Shown here: positions 17,962 through 29,037 of the stretch, one piece after another | Numbering within the stretch: the first letter of the stretch is position 1 | Layout of the letters: each line of letters opens with the position of its first letter | Origin: Rhodoluna sp. | GTDB lineage: Bacteria; Actinomycetota; Actinomycetes; Actinomycetales; Microbacteriaceae | Assembly: GCA_044345905.1 (NCBI GenBank) | Contig: JBIJAF010000001.1 | Span: 20,305-84,304 of the forward strand | DNA length: 64,000 nt | Direction: 5' to 3' | The notes under the pieces: model-generated | What the model was told of the DNA's origin: nothing | Database searches by the model: none | What the model saw: the letters and a program-made list of their open reading frames with translations, nothing else | Program-made: the position numbers and the translations under genes

Positions 17962-18597
17962 ATGCCAATCTTCGAAGTTCTAGGTCTAGCGCCTAATTTT
18001 GTCGATTATCAAACAGCTTGGAACATCCAGAGGGAAGTCCATGCACAGGTTGTTAGTGGGGAAAGACCCAACACCGTCCTGCTTCTAGAACACGATGGTG
18101 TTTACACAGCTGGTAAGAGAACTGAAGATGAAGAGCGTCCTTTGGATGGAACACCAGTTATCGATGTTGATCGTGGTGGCAAGATTACTTGGCATGGCCC
18201 AGGTCAGCTAGTTGGCTACCCAATTATGAGATTGCCAGAACCTATTGATGTTGTTGGCTACGTTCGTTGGCTTGAGCAAGTGCTAATCGACAGTATTGGT
18301 GAACTAGGTCTTTACACAGAAAGAGTTGCTGGAAGATCTGGTGTTTGGGCTCCTGTTGGCGATACTCACGTCAAGATTGCCGCTATCGGTATCCGGGTTG
18401 CTGAGAAAGTAACCATGCACGGCTTTGCCTTGAACTGTAATAACTCTCTGGATGCTTACGAAACCATCATCGCCTGCGGTATCAAGGATGCTGAAACAAG
18501 TACGATAAGCAAGTTGCTTAACCGTGATGTCACTCCAGCAATGGCAGCTGAAATTATTCAGAGACGTCTACTTGAAATAGAGAAGGTTTCAAATTGA
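17962..18597 (+). CDS. lipB: Lipoyl(octanoyl) transferase
   Basis: Motifs [23 protein letters not shown] and HGFALNC are present. Confidence 0.9.
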   Translation: MPIFEVLGLAPNFVDYQTAWNIQREVHAQVVSGERPNTVLLLEHDGVYTAGKRTEDEERPLDGTPVIDVDRGGKITWHGPGQLVGYPIMRLPEPIDVVGYVRWLEQVLIDSIGELGLYTERVAGRSGVWAPVGDTHVKIAAIGIRVAEKVTMHGFALNCNNSLDAYETIIACGIKDAETSTISKLLNRDVTPAMAAEIIQRRLLEIEKVSN

Positions 18598-19592
18598 GTG
18601 AAGAACCAGTAGCACCTAAGAGGATGCTTAGGGTTGAAGCCCGAAACGCTGAAGTACCCATTGAGAGAAAACCTGAATGGATCAAGACCAAAGCGAAGAT
18701 GGGTCCTGAGTACCAAGCTCTTCACACTCTTGTTAAAACAGAAGGCCTTCACACTGTCTGCCAAGAAGCAGGTTGTCCGAACATCTTCGAATGTTGGGAA
18801 GACCGTGAAGCAACTTTCCTAATTGGTGGTGCTCAATGCACTAGACGTTGTGACTTCTGTCAGATTGATACAGGTAAACCAGCAAACCTAGACCCAGATG
18901 AACCAAGAAGAGTTGGTCAATCGGTCACGAAGATGCAGCTTAGATATGCAACAGTTACCGGTGTTGCTAGAGATGATCTTCCTGATGAAGGTTCATGGCT
19001 CTACGCAGAAACTATTCGTCAAATCCACAAGCAGTCCCCTGGTACCGGTGTTGAGATTCTGATTCCTGACTTCTCAGGTAAGCCAGAACTTCTGCAAAAG
19101 ATCTTTGATGCTAAGCCAGAAGTTTTTGCACACAACGTAGAGACAGTGCCAAGAATCTTCAAGCAGATTAGACCTGCCTTCACCTACGAGAGATCGCTGG
19201 ATGTAATCACTCAGGGTAGAAACGCTGGCATGGTTACTAAGAGCAACTTGATTCTTGGTATGGGTGAAGAGATTTCTGAAGTTATCCAAGCTTTGCAGGA
19301 TCTTTACGATGCTGGAACAGACATCATCACAATTACCCAGTACCTAAGACCAACCGTTAGACACCATCCAGTGTCTCGTTGGGTAAAGCCTCAAGAGTTC
19401 GTTGAACTCAAAGAGATTGCTGAAGGCATGGGCTTCCTCGGTGTGCTTAGCGGGCCTCTAGTGAGAAGTAGCTACCGAGCAGGACGTCTATGGGCTCAGT
19501 CCATGATGAAGCGTGGCGACATAATTCCAGAACACTTGCAACACTTAGCCGAAGCTGCTGCCAAAGATGGCTTCAGCCAAGCGGTAAAGTAA
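18594..19592 (+). CDS. lipA: Lipoyl synthase (radical SAM)
   Basis: Auxiliary cluster motif [13 protein letters not shown] and radical SAM motif [10 protein letters not shown]. It overlaps lipB by 4 nt. Confidence 0.92.
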   Translation: MSEEPVAPKRMLRVEARNAEVPIERKPEWIKTKAKMGPEYQALHTLVKTEGLHTVCQEAGCPNIFECWEDREATFLIGGAQCTRRCDFCQIDTGKPANLDPDEPRRVGQSVTKMQLRYATVTGVARDDLPDEGSWLYAETIRQIHKQSPGTGVEILIPDFSGKPELLQKIFDAKPEVFAHNVETVPRIFKQIRPAFTYERSLDVITQGRNAGMVTKSNLILGMGEEISEVIQALQDLYDAGTDIITITQYLRPTVRHHPVSRWVKPQEFVELKEIAEGMGFLGVLSGPLVRSSYRAGRLWAQSMMKRGDIIPEHLQHLAEAAAKDGFSQAVK

Positions 19593-19613
19593 AAAAGACG
19601 AAAAGGCAGAACA

Positions 19614-20336
19614 ATGGCTAAAAAAGAAAAAGTAAAGAAACCAAAGCGACCTAAGGGCAACGGGATGTTTGCTCAATTCCGCCAACAGGCTAAATTCCTA
19701 AAGGAAGTTGACCCTAAGGCGATGCCAGTTGGCATACTCTTTGCCTCTATTGCCTTTGTTGTTCTAGTCGTTGTTGGAGCCTTAGTTTCAGGTCTGAACT
19801 TCCTGGGCATGGTCATTTGGGTAGTTCTAGCTATCGTGACTGCCTACCTAACACTTCTTCTAACTATGACTAGAAGAGCCAACACCGCCATCTTCAAGAA
19901 GTATGAGGATGAGCCAGGTCGTGTTTCTATCACCGTTGGAACCCTTACCCGAAGACGCTGGAAAGGTAACAACCAGCCGGTAGCTATAAATGCTCGTACC
20001 AAGGACATGGTTTTCCGTATTGTTGGCCCTGCCGGTGTTGTTCTCATGGCTGAAGGCTCAAAAACCAGTGCTAAAGCACTTCTAGAAGATGAAAGACGTA
20101 AGGTTCAGAGACTGGCCTCTGGTGTTACTGTGCACACCTTCTACACCTCTCAGGATGGTGAAGGAGTCCCTCTAGCTCAGCTACACAAGAAGGTTTCTAA
20201 GCTAAAGCGAACCCTAAACCGAGCCGAAATCAGCGCTGTTCAGAACCGTTTGGCTTCAATTGACAGCCGCTCAGGCTTACCAATCCCTAAGGGTATTGAC
20301 CCTACAAAGATGAGGGCTTCCCGCCGAATCCAATAG
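19614..20336 (+). CDS. DUF4191-like membrane protein
   Basis: 240-aa ORF with a basic N-terminus and two adjacent TM helices. Its position directly after lipA matches the conserved actinobacterial neighbour (Rv2219-like). Confidence 0.6.
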   Translation: MAKKEKVKKPKRPKGNGMFAQFRQQAKFLKEVDPKAMPVGILFASIAFVVLVVVGALVSGLNFLGMVIWVVLAIVTAYLTLLLTMTRRANTAIFKKYEDEPGRVSITVGTLTRRRWKGNNQPVAINARTKDMVFRIVGPAGVVLMAEGSKTSAKALLEDERRKVQRLASGVTVHTFYTSQDGEGVPLAQLHKKVSKLKRTLNRAEISAVQNRLASIDSRSGLPIPKGIDPTKMRASRRIQ

Positions 20337-20455
20337 GTTCTCAAGGTTTTACAATCCCGAAACATTGATTGGCGTTTTATCCCCCGCCAGCCCTATAAAG
20401 TAATGGTGAGCGTAACGGAACGTTCGAATCCACAAACCTTTGAAGGGCTAACCCT

Positions 20456-21889
20456 ATGTTTAAATCAGCATCCGAGGTCATCAAGTACATCAAAGATGAA
20501 GACGTCAAGTTCCTAGACGTACGCTTCACTGATCTACCTGGTGTCCAGCAACACTTCAACCTTCCAGTGAGTCAGATTGACGAAGACTTCTTCGTTAACG
20601 GACAGCTTTTCGATGGATCTTCAATTAGAGGATTTGCATCAATTCACGAATCAGACATGCAGCTAATCCCAGATGTCTCAACTGCATACCTTGACACTTT
20701 CCGTGTTGAGAAGACCCTGATCATCAACTTCGATATCTACAACCCACGTAATGGTGAGATCTACCACCGTGACCCTCGTCAGGTTGCCAAGAAGGCTGAG
20801 GCATACCTAGCTTCAACTGGTATCGCTGACACAGCGTACTTTGCTCCTGAAGCAGAATTCTTCATCTTCGATGAGGTTCGCTACGAAACTAAGTCAAACA
20901 CTGCCTACCACTTCGTTGATTCAATCGAAGGTGCATGGAACTCAGCTCGTGAAGTTGAATCAGATGGCGGTCGTAACCTAGGAAACAAGACACCTTACAA
21001 GGGTGGCTACTTCCCTGTTTCACCAGTTGACCACCTAGCTGACATTCGCGACGAGATCGTTCTAAACCTTGAGAAGGCTGGGCTAGTTGTTGAACGTAGC
21101 CACCACGAAGTTGGTACTGCTGGTCAGTGTGAAATCAACTACAGATTCAGCACTCTTGTTCAGTCAGCAGATGATGTTTTGAAGTTCAAGTACATCGTGA
21201 AGAACACTTCATACAACTACAACAAGACAGCTACCTTCATGCCGAAGCCACTATTTGGTGACAACGGTTCAGGTATGCACGTTCACCAGTCTCTATGGAA
21301 AGATGGCAAGCCATTGTTCTATGACGAGAACGGCTACGGCGGTCTTTCAGACATGGCTCGCTGGTACATCGGTGGTCTACTAAAGCACGCTCCAAGCTTG
21401 CTTGCATTCACCAACCCAACTGTAAACAGCTACCGTCGTCTAGTTCCTGGTTTCGAAGCGCCTGTAAACCTTGTTTACTCAGCAGGTAACAGATCAGCTG
21501 CCATTCGTATTCCAATGACTGGAACGAACCCGAAGGCAAAGCGTATTGAGTTCCGTGCACCAGATGCATCAGGTAACGCCTACCTAGGCTTTGCAGCGAT
21601 GTTGATGGCTGGTCTTGATGGAATCAAGAACCGCATTGAGCCACACGCTCCAGTTGACAAGGACCTTTACGAGTTGCCACCAGAGGAGGCAAAGAACATT
21701 CCTCAGGTTCCAGGTTCACTTGAAGAAGTTCTTCAGGCTCTTGAAGCTGACCACGAATACCTGCTAGCAGGAGATGTATTCACCAAGGATCTAATTGAGA
21801 CTTGGATTGACTACAAGCGTGAGAAGGAAATCAAGCAGTTTGCTCAGAGACCACACCCGTACGAGTTCGAGCTTTACTACGGCGTTTAG
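20456..21889 (+). CDS. glnA: Glutamine synthetase type I
   Basis: 477-aa ORF with GS-I motifs ([41 protein letters not shown]). The adenylylation-loop sequence [10 protein letters not shown] is present. Confidence 0.93.
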   Translation: MFKSASEVIKYIKDEDVKFLDVRFTDLPGVQQHFNLPVSQIDEDFFVNGQLFDGSSIRGFASIHESDMQLIPDVSTAYLDTFRVEKTLIINFDIYNPRNGEIYHRDPRQVAKKAEAYLASTGIADTAYFAPEAEFFIFDEVRYETKSNTAYHFVDSIEGAWNSAREVESDGGRNLGNKTPYKGGYFPVSPVDHLADIRDEIVLNLEKAGLVVERSHHEVGTAGQCEINYRFSTLVQSADDVLKFKYIVKNTSYNYNKTATFMPKPLFGDNGSGMHVHQSLWKDGKPLFYDENGYGGLSDMARWYIGGLLKHAPSLLAFTNPTVNSYRRLVPGFEAPVNLVYSAGNRSAAIRIPMTGTNPKAKRIEFRAPDASGNAYLGFAAMLMAGLDGIKNRIEPHAPVDKDLYELPPEEAKNIPQVPGSLEEVLQALEADHEYLLAGDVFTKDLIETWIDYKREKEIKQFAQRPHPYEFELYYGV

Positions 21890-21902
21890 TTTCTAAAAGA
21901 GA

Positions 21903-21936
21903 AGCGGGTCATCTTTTTAGATGGCCCGCTTTTTTA
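21903..21936. terminator. Bidirectional intrinsic terminator between convergent glnA and glnE
   Basis: AGCGGGTCATC-ttttta-GATGGCCCGCT forms an 11-bp stem with one G.U pair. It is followed by TTTTTT on the + strand and by TTCTCTTTT on the - strand. Confidence 0.8.
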
Positions 21937-21937
21937 T

Positions 21938-24913
21938 TTAACTAAAGAACAATCTTTCAAATACTTGGCGAGAACGTCTGGTGTGAGCAAGGTAATCCTC
22001 TTCCAGGGCACTAGCAGAGCCTCTAGGGTACTCAAGAATCCTTGCCATACCTTCAAGTTGTCTTCGATCAAGGGACAGCACATCAGACACCTTGTTTGAC
22101 CAAAGCACTCCTGAAGATCTAACTCGGCTGGTCAGAGTCCATGCTTCTGCTAATACTCGAGCGTCATGTTCTTGCATCAAACCTGACTCAACCAATGCCT
22201 TGAGTGCATCCAATGTTTTAGGTGTTCTAATGCTTGGGAACTCATTGCCGTGCTTGAGTTGAAGAAGTTGAACAAGCCATTCAATGTCGCTCAGCGAGCC
22301 TCTACCGAGCTTCAGATGGCGTTTAGGGTCCGCTCCTTGAGGTAGACGCTCAGTCTCTATACGAGCCTTGATGCGTCTAATCTCGATGATTGATTTACTG
22401 CTTAGTTCTGTTGGGTAACGGTATTGATCAATAACTTCATTAAACTCAGTTACAAGTTCTTGACTGCCATAAATCATTCGAGCTCTAAGAAGAGCCTGGT
22501 TCTCCCAGATGTCTCCCCAGCGACTGTAGTAAGCACGATAAGAATCAACTGACCTTGCAACCGTTCCATTCTTGCCTTCAGGCCTCAGATCCATGTCTAT
22601 CTCGAATTCAAGCTGAGGGTCTTTCACTAATCTGTGAAGTTCAGAAACTACCTTCTCCGCTAGCTTTTGAGATTGCTCTGACTGATCAGGTCCATCATTT
22701 CTGTATACAAACATGACATCAGCGTCGCTACCGAAACCTAGTTCCTGCCCACCGAATCTACCCATGACAACAATTCCGAAATCAACATTCTGGCCAAGTT
22801 CCTTAGCCAATGAAGCTTGAATTGCTTTAGCCAAAGTAGTCAGATACCACTCAGTCAAATCAGATAACCCTTGAGATACTCCTCCAATGTTTAGTTCTCC
22901 TACAACTGATCCAAGGGCAAGACGAAGAGTTTCTCTTCTTCTAATGTGTCTAACAGCCTTGGCAAAATCATCTAGGTCTTCATGTCTTGACGCAAGAGAC
23001 AGAGACTGCTCAGTGAGATCTTCCAGGCTTGCTGGGATTAATTGGTCTGGATCTTCAAACCAAGCAGCACCTTCAGGGATTAGTTCTAGAAGAGCGGTAG
23101 CAAGTCGACTATTAGAAAGAGCCATGCTTAATCTCTCAGCCGCTCCAGAACTGTCTCTGAGCATTCTTAAGTACCAGTGAGATTCACCTAGATTCTCACT
23201 AAGTCTTCTAAACGCTAGTAACGCGGAGTCGGGGTCAGTGCCTTCAGAGAACCATTGAAGAAGAACAGGAAGAAGTTGTTTCTGAATCTGGGCTCGTCTA
23301 GATAAACCTGAAGTCAATGCCGTGATGTGTTGAAGAGCTCCAGCAGGATTTAGGTAGCCAATTGCCAGCAATCTGTCAGATGCTTGTTCATTTGAAAGTT
23401 CAAGTCCTCCTCCAGCCTTAGACACCGCTGCAAGCAGTGGACGGTAGAAGATTCTCTGATGTAACGCTCTAACCTGGAGTTTTACCTCAGACCAGTTCTC
23501 TAGAAGCTCTTCAGCTGTCCAATCTAGATTGATTGATCTAGCAATAACTCTTTGAGCATCCTCTTCTACTGGCATTAGATGAGTTCTTCTCATCTTCGAC
23601 ATTTGAATTCTGTGCTCAAGAACTCTTAGGAACTTGTAGTGCGCTGAGAATTCAGCAGCCTCAGACCTTCCGATGTAGCCACCATTAGATAGTTCATCAA
23701 TCGCAGTTAGAGTATCTGCTGCTCGAACTGACTCATCAGTGCGACCATGCACTAGCTGCAAGAGTTGAACAGTGAACTCAATGTCTCTAAGTCCACCAGG
23801 ACCTAGTTTGATTTGACGTTCAATTTCATCAGCTGGAATATTTCCACTGACTCGCTCACGCATTTTCTGAACTGACTCAACAAAGTTTTCACGCTGCGTT
23901 GATTCCCAAACCAATGGGTTCATTGCTTCAAAGTAAGCAGCTCCGAGTTCCTTGTCTCCAGCCATAGGTCTAGCCTTGAGAAGTGCTTGGAACTCCCAGT
24001 TCTCAGCCCAACGAGAGTAGTAAGAAGAGTGAGAATCAAGAGTTCTAACTAGTGCTCCAGCCTTACCTTCGGGCCTTAGGTTGGCATCCACCTGCCACAA
24101 AGCAGGCTCTTGGTTAGTGGAATCCATCGCTCTCATCATGCGAGTTGCTAACTTGGTAGCAATCTCTAGCATGCGGGTGTTCTCAAGTGAAGGATCTGCT
24201 GATTCAGCAACGAAGATTACGTCAACATCGCTGATGTAGTTCAGCTCCCCTGCCCCACCTTTACCCATACCAATTACTGCCAGACGAGTATTCATAACTT
24301 CGTCCTGGGTAAACAAACCAAACTCTGATGTGAAGAACAGCTCTCTTCTAGCAATGATCAGACCACCTTCAAGTGCAGCGGTAGCGATGTCAGCTAAGGC
24401 TAGAGATACTATTGGCTGGACACTCATCGGACTAGATGCAGATAAGTCGAAGATGGCTATCTTTGTGAGCTCTGTTCGATAAGCCTTGCGCAGGGTGGTT
24501 ACTTGAGTTTGGCTAGTCGCTGATCCATCGGCCAAAGCTTTAGTGAAGAGTTGAACATAACCTTCGCGGTCTAAGAGATTGTGTTCTTTCTCGAATTCTT
24601 TGAGCACTTCTGGATTGAGAGAGACAAACTCAGCAAGAGCAGATGATGCTCCGAGTAGTCGACAAAGCCTGAGAGCAGATTCTTCTTTTGAAAGCAGCTT
24701 CTTTACAGCCGACTTACTCTCTCGTGAAATCCTGACTAGAAAATCTAGTGCTTGATCAGGGTTCGCTGACTTACTAAGAGAAGCAAGAGCGGACCTACCG
24801 CTATCACCAACAAGAGAAACAAGTTCATCTAGCTTGGCGATTGTTCCATCAAGATCAGTAAAACCATACTTGGCAAGTGAAGCTAGAGATCCACTAGATC
24901 TTGCTGAGGACAT
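21938..24913 (-). CDS. glnE: Bifunctional glutamine synthetase adenylyltransferase/adenylyl-removing enzyme
   Basis: 991-aa ORF with two nucleotidyltransferase repeats (GKGGAGELNYISDVDVIFV and GRFGGQELGFGSDADVMFV). Its start overlaps the glnA2 stop (TAATG). Confidence 0.92.
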   Translation of the reverse strand: MSSARSSGSLASLAKYGFTDLDGTIAKLDELVSLVGDSGRSALASLSKSANPDQALDFLVRISRESKSAVKKLLSKEESALRLCRLLGASSALAEFVSLNPEVLKEFEKEHNLLDREGYVQLFTKALADGSATSQTQVTTLRKAYRTELTKIAIFDLSASSPMSVQPIVSLALADIATAALEGGLIIARRELFFTSEFGLFTQDEVMNTRLAVIGMGKGGAGELNYISDVDVIFVAESADPSLENTRMLEIATKLATRMMRAMDSTNQEPALWQVDANLRPEGKAGALVRTLDSHSSYYSRWAENWEFQALLKARPMAGDKELGAAYFEAMNPLVWESTQRENFVESVQKMRERVSGNIPADEIERQIKLGPGGLRDIEFTVQLLQLVHGRTDESVRAADTLTAIDELSNGGYIGRSEAAEFSAHYKFLRVLEHRIQMSKMRRTHLMPVEEDAQRVIARSINLDWTAEELLENWSEVKLQVRALHQRIFYRPLLAAVSKAGGGLELSNEQASDRLLAIGYLNPAGALQHITALTSGLSRRAQIQKQLLPVLLQWFSEGTDPDSALLAFRRLSENLGESHWYLRMLRDSSGAAERLSMALSNSRLATALLELIPEGAAWFEDPDQLIPASLEDLTEQSLSLASRHEDLDDFAKAVRHIRRRETLRLALGSVVGELNIGGVSQGLSDLTEWYLTTLAKAIQASLAKELGQNVDFGIVVMGRFGGQELGFGSDADVMFVYRNDGPDQSEQSQKLAEKVVSELHRLVKDPQLEFEIDMDLRPEGKNGTVARSVDSYRAYYSRWGDIWENQALLRARMIYGSQELVTEFNEVIDQYRYPTELSSKSIIEIRRIKARIETERLPQGADPKRHLKLGRGSLSDIEWLVQLLQLKHGNEFPSIRTPKTLDALKALVESGLMQEHDARVLAEAWTLTSRVRSSGVLWSNKVSDVLSLDRRQLEGMARILEYPRGSASALEEDYLAHTRRSRQVFERLFFS

Positions 24914-26250
24914 TAGAGAACTTCGAGGTTGGTCTTCAATTCAAACGGAGTTACCTGTGAGCGGTAATCGCTCCACTCCTTGCGCTTGTTTGCAAGAACG
25001 TAACTGAACACCTGCTCGCCTAGTACTTCAGCAGCTAGCTCTGACTCTTCAAGCAAACGAATCGCGTGATCAAGAGACTGAGGAAGAGACTGAATTCCCA
25101 TTGCACGACGTTCTGAGTCTGATAGATCCCATACGTTGTCTTCGGTTTCAGCTGGTAGCTCGTAGTTGTTTTCAATACCCTTTAGACCTGCTGATAGAAG
25201 CAGAGCGTATGAAAGATATGGGTTAGCTGCTGAATCGATTGCACGGTATTCAATACGTGCTGAGTTTCCCTTGTTTGGCTTGTATAGCGGAACTCTAATT
25301 AGAGCGGAACGGTTGTTGTGTCCCCAGCAAACAAATGACGGAGCTTCTCCGCCACCCCAAAGTCGCTTATAAGAGTTGACAAACTGGTTTGTAACAGCAG
25401 TGATCTCTGGAGCGTGACGCAAGATACCTGCCATGAAGCTCTTAGCTGTCTTGGACATGTGATATTCACCAGATGGGTCATAGAACGCATTGGTGTCACC
25501 TTCGAAGAGAGACATGTGGGTGTGCATTCCAGAACCTGGGTGCTCAGTGAAAGGCTTTGGCATGAAGGTTGCGTAAACACCCTGCTCAATAGCTACTTCC
25601 TTGATAACCGTTCTAAAAGTCATGATGTTATCTGCCATGGTCAGAGCATCGGCGTAACGAAGATCGATCTCGTTCTGACCTGGACCACCTTCGTGGTGGC
25701 TGAACTCAACTGAGATACCTAGTTGCTCAAGCATGTTAACTGCTCTTCTTCTGAAGTCGTTAGCAGTTCCACCAGGAACGTTATCGAAATATCCAGCCTT
25801 ATCTACCGGAACAGGCCCTTCAGGGCCTATCTGGGAAGACTTTAGGAGGTAGAACTCAATCTCTGGGTGGATGTAAAAGGAGAAGCCCATGCTGGCTGCC
25901 TTGTCCAAAGCTCTACGCAATACGTTGCGAGGATCAGCAGCAGCTGGAATACCGTCAGGGGTGGTGATATCACAGAACATACGAGCAGTTGGCTCAATTT
26001 CGCCTCGCCAAGGCAAGATCTGGAAGGTTGAAGGGTCTGGCTGGGCCAACATATCAGCCTCATAAGAGCGTGAAAGACCCTCAATAGCAGAGCCGTCGAA
26101 GCCGATACCCTCGGCGAAAGCGCCCTCGATTTCAGCTGGGGCGATAGCCACAGACTTCAGGGTTCCAGCCACGTCAGTGAACCAAAGCCTTACGAACTTG
26201 ACGTTTCTTTCCTCGATTGTACGGAGTACGAAATCGCGCTGCTTGTCCAT
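24913..26250 (-). CDS. glnA: Glutamine synthetase type I (second copy, GlnA2-like)
   Basis: GS motifs FDGSAIEG, KPFTEHPGSGMHTHMSLF and NSYKRLWGG. The ATG at 26250 with GAAAGG upstream is preferred over the ORF-track TTG at 26265. Confidence 0.88.
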   Translation of the reverse strand: MDKQRDFVLRTIEERNVKFVRLWFTDVAGTLKSVAIAPAEIEGAFAEGIGFDGSAIEGLSRSYEADMLAQPDPSTFQILPWRGEIEPTARMFCDITTPDGIPAAADPRNVLRRALDKAASMGFSFYIHPEIEFYLLKSSQIGPEGPVPVDKAGYFDNVPGGTANDFRRRAVNMLEQLGISVEFSHHEGGPGQNEIDLRYADALTMADNIMTFRTVIKEVAIEQGVYATFMPKPFTEHPGSGMHTHMSLFEGDTNAFYDPSGEYHMSKTAKSFMAGILRHAPEITAVTNQFVNSYKRLWGGGEAPSFVCWGHNNRSALIRVPLYKPNKGNSARIEYRAIDSAANPYLSYALLLSAGLKGIENNYELPAETEDNVWDLSDSERRAMGIQSLPQSLDHAIRLLEESELAAEVLGEQVFSYVLANKRKEWSDYRSQVTPFELKTNLEVL

Positions 26251-26289
26251 GAAAAAACCTTTCAATTACCTCCTACTAGGCTAGTGGTT

Positions 26290-27945
26290 ATGCCCAATGT
26301 TCGCCTAGCCCTAGCTCAAACCAACCCAACGGTCGGAGCCATAGAGAGCAACATCTCCAACATCTTGGCTGTTGTTGAAGAGGCGGCGAAAAGGAAAGCA
26401 GATTTAGTGGTTTTTGGGGAAATGACCGTCACTGGCTACCCGATAGAAGACCTGGCAACCAGAGAGTCATTCATTCTTGATGCAGAACTGGCAGTAACAG
26501 AACTAGCTTTTGAGCTCAAGAGCAAGAACCTTGGCGACATTGCTGTTGTTATTGGTCACCCATCCATGGCTTCTGCTCAAGATCAGACCGGTTGGGCCAT
26601 TGCCCACAACACAGCTTCAGTACTTCTTGATGGCAAAGTGCTTGGGTCATACAACAAACACCACCTGCCTAACTATTCAGTATTTGATGAATACAGAACA
26701 TTTGTTTCAGGAAACAAACTCCTCACCTTCGAACACAAAGGTTTAAAGTTCTCAACAGTTATCTGTGAAGACATCTGGCAAACAGGTGGTCCTGTTGCCC
26801 AGCTTGGCAAAGCCAACACAGATGTTGCCCTAATTCTTAATGGTTCACCTTTTGAAATTGATAAAGATGACACTCGACTAAAGCTAGTTTCTGAACTAGC
26901 CAAGAAGCATAATTGTGCAGCGGCTTACGTGAACCTCGTAGGTGGCCAAGATGATCTTGTCTTTGATGGCGACAGCATTGTGGTTGATAGCAAAGCTCGA
27001 ATGGTTGCCAGACTAAAGCAATTCAAGACAGATCTAGTTTGCATAGACATTGAATCTAAAGATGATCTAAAGGTTTCTGATGAACATCACATGACTAAGC
27101 CGAATGACAACTGGCAAACTTGGAACGCACTTGTTCTAGGCCTTAGAGACTATGTATCAAAGAATGGTTTCAAATCAGTTGTATTAGGACTAAGCGGTGG
27201 AATTGACTCTGCAATTTGTGCAACTATCGCAGCAGATGCCATTGGTGCAGAGAATGTCTTTGGTGTTTCTATGCCAAGCAACTTCTCTTCAGATCATTCA
27301 AAGGATGATGCTAATGATCTTGCCACTAGAAGAAACATGAACTACCAGGTTCAACCAATTGCCAACCTTGTTAAAGGATTTGAAGATCAACTGCAACTCG
27401 AAGGACTATCGGTAGAGAACCTTCAAGCACGTGTTCGCGGCGTCATCCTTATGGCCCTTAGCAACAAAGAAGGTCACCTGACTCTGACAACAGGTAACAA
27501 GACTGAACTTGCTGTCGGTTACTCAACAATCTACGGTGACACAGTAGGCGGTTACAACCCCCTCAAGGATGTTGAGAAGACTCTGGTCTGGGAATTAGCA
27601 AGATGGCGAAACGCATATGCACTTTCTAAAGGTGAAGTTGAACCTATTCCTCAGAACTCAATTGAGAAAGCTCCTTCTGCTGAGTTGAGACCAAACCAGG
27701 TAGATCAAGATTCACTCCCCCCTTACGATGTGCTGGATGCAATCCTTGATGCCTATGTGAACCGCAGAAAGTCTTCTGCTGACATAGTGGGTTATGGTTT
27801 TGATCAGGAACTAGTCAACAAGGTCCTTAATCTTGTAGATAGATCAGAGTGGAAGAGAAGACAGTCTGCAATTGGACCAAAGATTACTGGCATGGCATTC
27901 GGTCGAGACAGACGTTTACCAATTACAAATAAGTACAAGGGATAA
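26290..27945 (+). CDS. nadE: Glutamine-dependent NAD+ synthetase
   Basis: N-terminal nitrilase-type domain with the E/K/C triad context (VVFGEMTVTGY, NKHHLPN, VICEDIW). The C-terminal synthetase domain carries the GLSGGIDS P-loop. Confidence 0.9.
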   Translation: MPNVRLALAQTNPTVGAIESNISNILAVVEEAAKRKADLVVFGEMTVTGYPIEDLATRESFILDAELAVTELAFELKSKNLGDIAVVIGHPSMASAQDQTGWAIAHNTASVLLDGKVLGSYNKHHLPNYSVFDEYRTFVSGNKLLTFEHKGLKFSTVICEDIWQTGGPVAQLGKANTDVALILNGSPFEIDKDDTRLKLVSELAKKHNCAAAYVNLVGGQDDLVFDGDSIVVDSKARMVARLKQFKTDLVCIDIESKDDLKVSDEHHMTKPNDNWQTWNALVLGLRDYVSKNGFKSVVLGLSGGIDSAICATIAADAIGAENVFGVSMPSNFSSDHSKDDANDLATRRNMNYQVQPIANLVKGFEDQLQLEGLSVENLQARVRGVILMALSNKEGHLTLTTGNKTELAVGYSTIYGDTVGGYNPLKDVEKTLVWELARWRNAYALSKGEVEPIPQNSIEKAPSAELRPNQVDQDSLPPYDVLDAILDAYVNRRKSSADIVGYGFDQELVNKVLNLVDRSEWKRRQSAIGPKITGMAFGRDRRLPITNKYKG

Positions 27946-27948
27946 CTA

Positions 27949-28761
27949 ATGCACGACATTTCACCAAAGGTAGTTAGAAGTGGAACCCTGCTTGATTTCA
28001 AGAAGGCAGGAAGAAAGTTCTCTGCTCTTACCTCTTATGACTCACTAACCAGCGGCATCTTTGATGAAGCAGGTATTGATGTCTTGCTAGTTGGAGATTC
28101 AGCTGCCGATAACGTACTTGGTTACGAAACAACTTTGCCAATCACAGTAGACGAAATGATTCCTTTCGGTAGAGCTGTCAGCAGAGCAGCTAAGCGTGCA
28201 CTAGTAGTAGTTGACATGCCCTTTGGGAGCTATGAAGAAGGCCCTGCGCAGGCTTTAGAGAATGCCGTCAAGATCATGAAGTTAACTGGGGCAAGTGCTG
28301 TGAAGCTTGAAGGTGGTATTAGAAGTGTGGATCAGATTCAAGCATTAGTCACAGCGGGAATTCCTGTTATGGCCCACATAGGCTTTACTCCCCAATCAGT
28401 TCATTCACTTGGTGGAGCAAAGGTTCAAGGCCGTGGCGACTCAGCTCAAGTTCTTATTGATGATGCACTTGCCGTTCAGGCTGCTGGAGCATTCAGCGTT
28501 GTACTTGAATTAGTGCCAGCAGCTTTGGCAAGTGAAGTAACCAAGCTTTTAGAGATACCAACTATTGGTATTGGTGCAGGAAATGGCACGGATGGTCAGA
28601 TACTAGTCTGGACAGATTTTGCTGGCCTTTACCCAGGTAAAGCAAGAAAGTTTGTGAAGCAGTACGCGAACCTTAGATCAACTCTTCTAGAAGCAGCTTC
28701 TGCCTATCGTCAAGAAGTAGCAGACTCAGTCTTCCCAACTGAAGAACATTCACACGAGTAA
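27949..28761 (+). CDS. panB: 3-methyl-2-oxobutanoate hydroxymethyltransferase
   Basis: Motifs LLVGDSAADNVLGYETT, VVDMPFGSY, VKLEGG and GHIGFTPQS are present. Confidence 0.9.
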   Translation: MHDISPKVVRSGTLLDFKKAGRKFSALTSYDSLTSGIFDEAGIDVLLVGDSAADNVLGYETTLPITVDEMIPFGRAVSRAAKRALVVVDMPFGSYEEGPAQALENAVKIMKLTGASAVKLEGGIRSVDQIQALVTAGIPVMAHIGFTPQSVHSLGGAKVQGRGDSAQVLIDDALAVQAAGAFSVVLELVPAALASEVTKLLEIPTIGIGAGNGTDGQILVWTDFAGLYPGKARKFVKQYANLRSTLLEAASAYRQEVADSVFPTEEHSHE

Positions 28762-28786
28762 AGAGATTCAGCTTAACGAGGACAAA

Positions 28787-28999
28787 TTAGTCCTTATCTT
28801 GCTCGTCTTCTTCAGACCAAGTCTTTGATCGACTCTTTAGAATTTCAAAAGCGTTCTCGGCATCTTCCCTAGTTTCAAAGGGTCCTATTCGATAAAGGGC
28901 AAGTGCTTGCTTACCTACTTCAACACTCATTGTTTTGGTGTTGAACCAGTATTCGGTCTTGTGCTCTTCGCTAATTTGTTTGCTCCTCTTGCGTTTCAC
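28787..28999 (-). CDS. Small conserved hypothetical protein
   Basis: 70-aa ORF. The pattern EYWFNTKTMSVEVGKQ....RIGPFETREDAENA resembles a small protein family common in actinobacteria; recognition is from memory only. Confidence 0.5.
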   Translation of the reverse strand: MKRKRSKQISEEHKTEYWFNTKTMSVEVGKQALALYRIGPFETREDAENAFEILKSRSKTWSEEDEQDKD

Positions 29000-29037
29000 T
29001 TCTGAGCATACAGAGCCTAGGTATCTAGTATGGAACT

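Noticed and set aside
20337-20455. Possible glutamine riboswitch (glnA RNA motif) upstream of glnA
   Set aside because: The spacer lacks the conserved GGAAGUAG-type core and the three-stem arrangement as I remember them. Only a short GAACGTTC palindrome is present.
20377-20559. 60-aa - strand ORF overlapping the glnA start
   Set aside because: It overlaps the highly conserved glnA N-terminal coding region and its leader. It has no ribosome-binding site and no recognisable family. I considered an RDD-family gene, as found near M. tuberculosis glnA1, but the sequence has no TM or RDD pattern.
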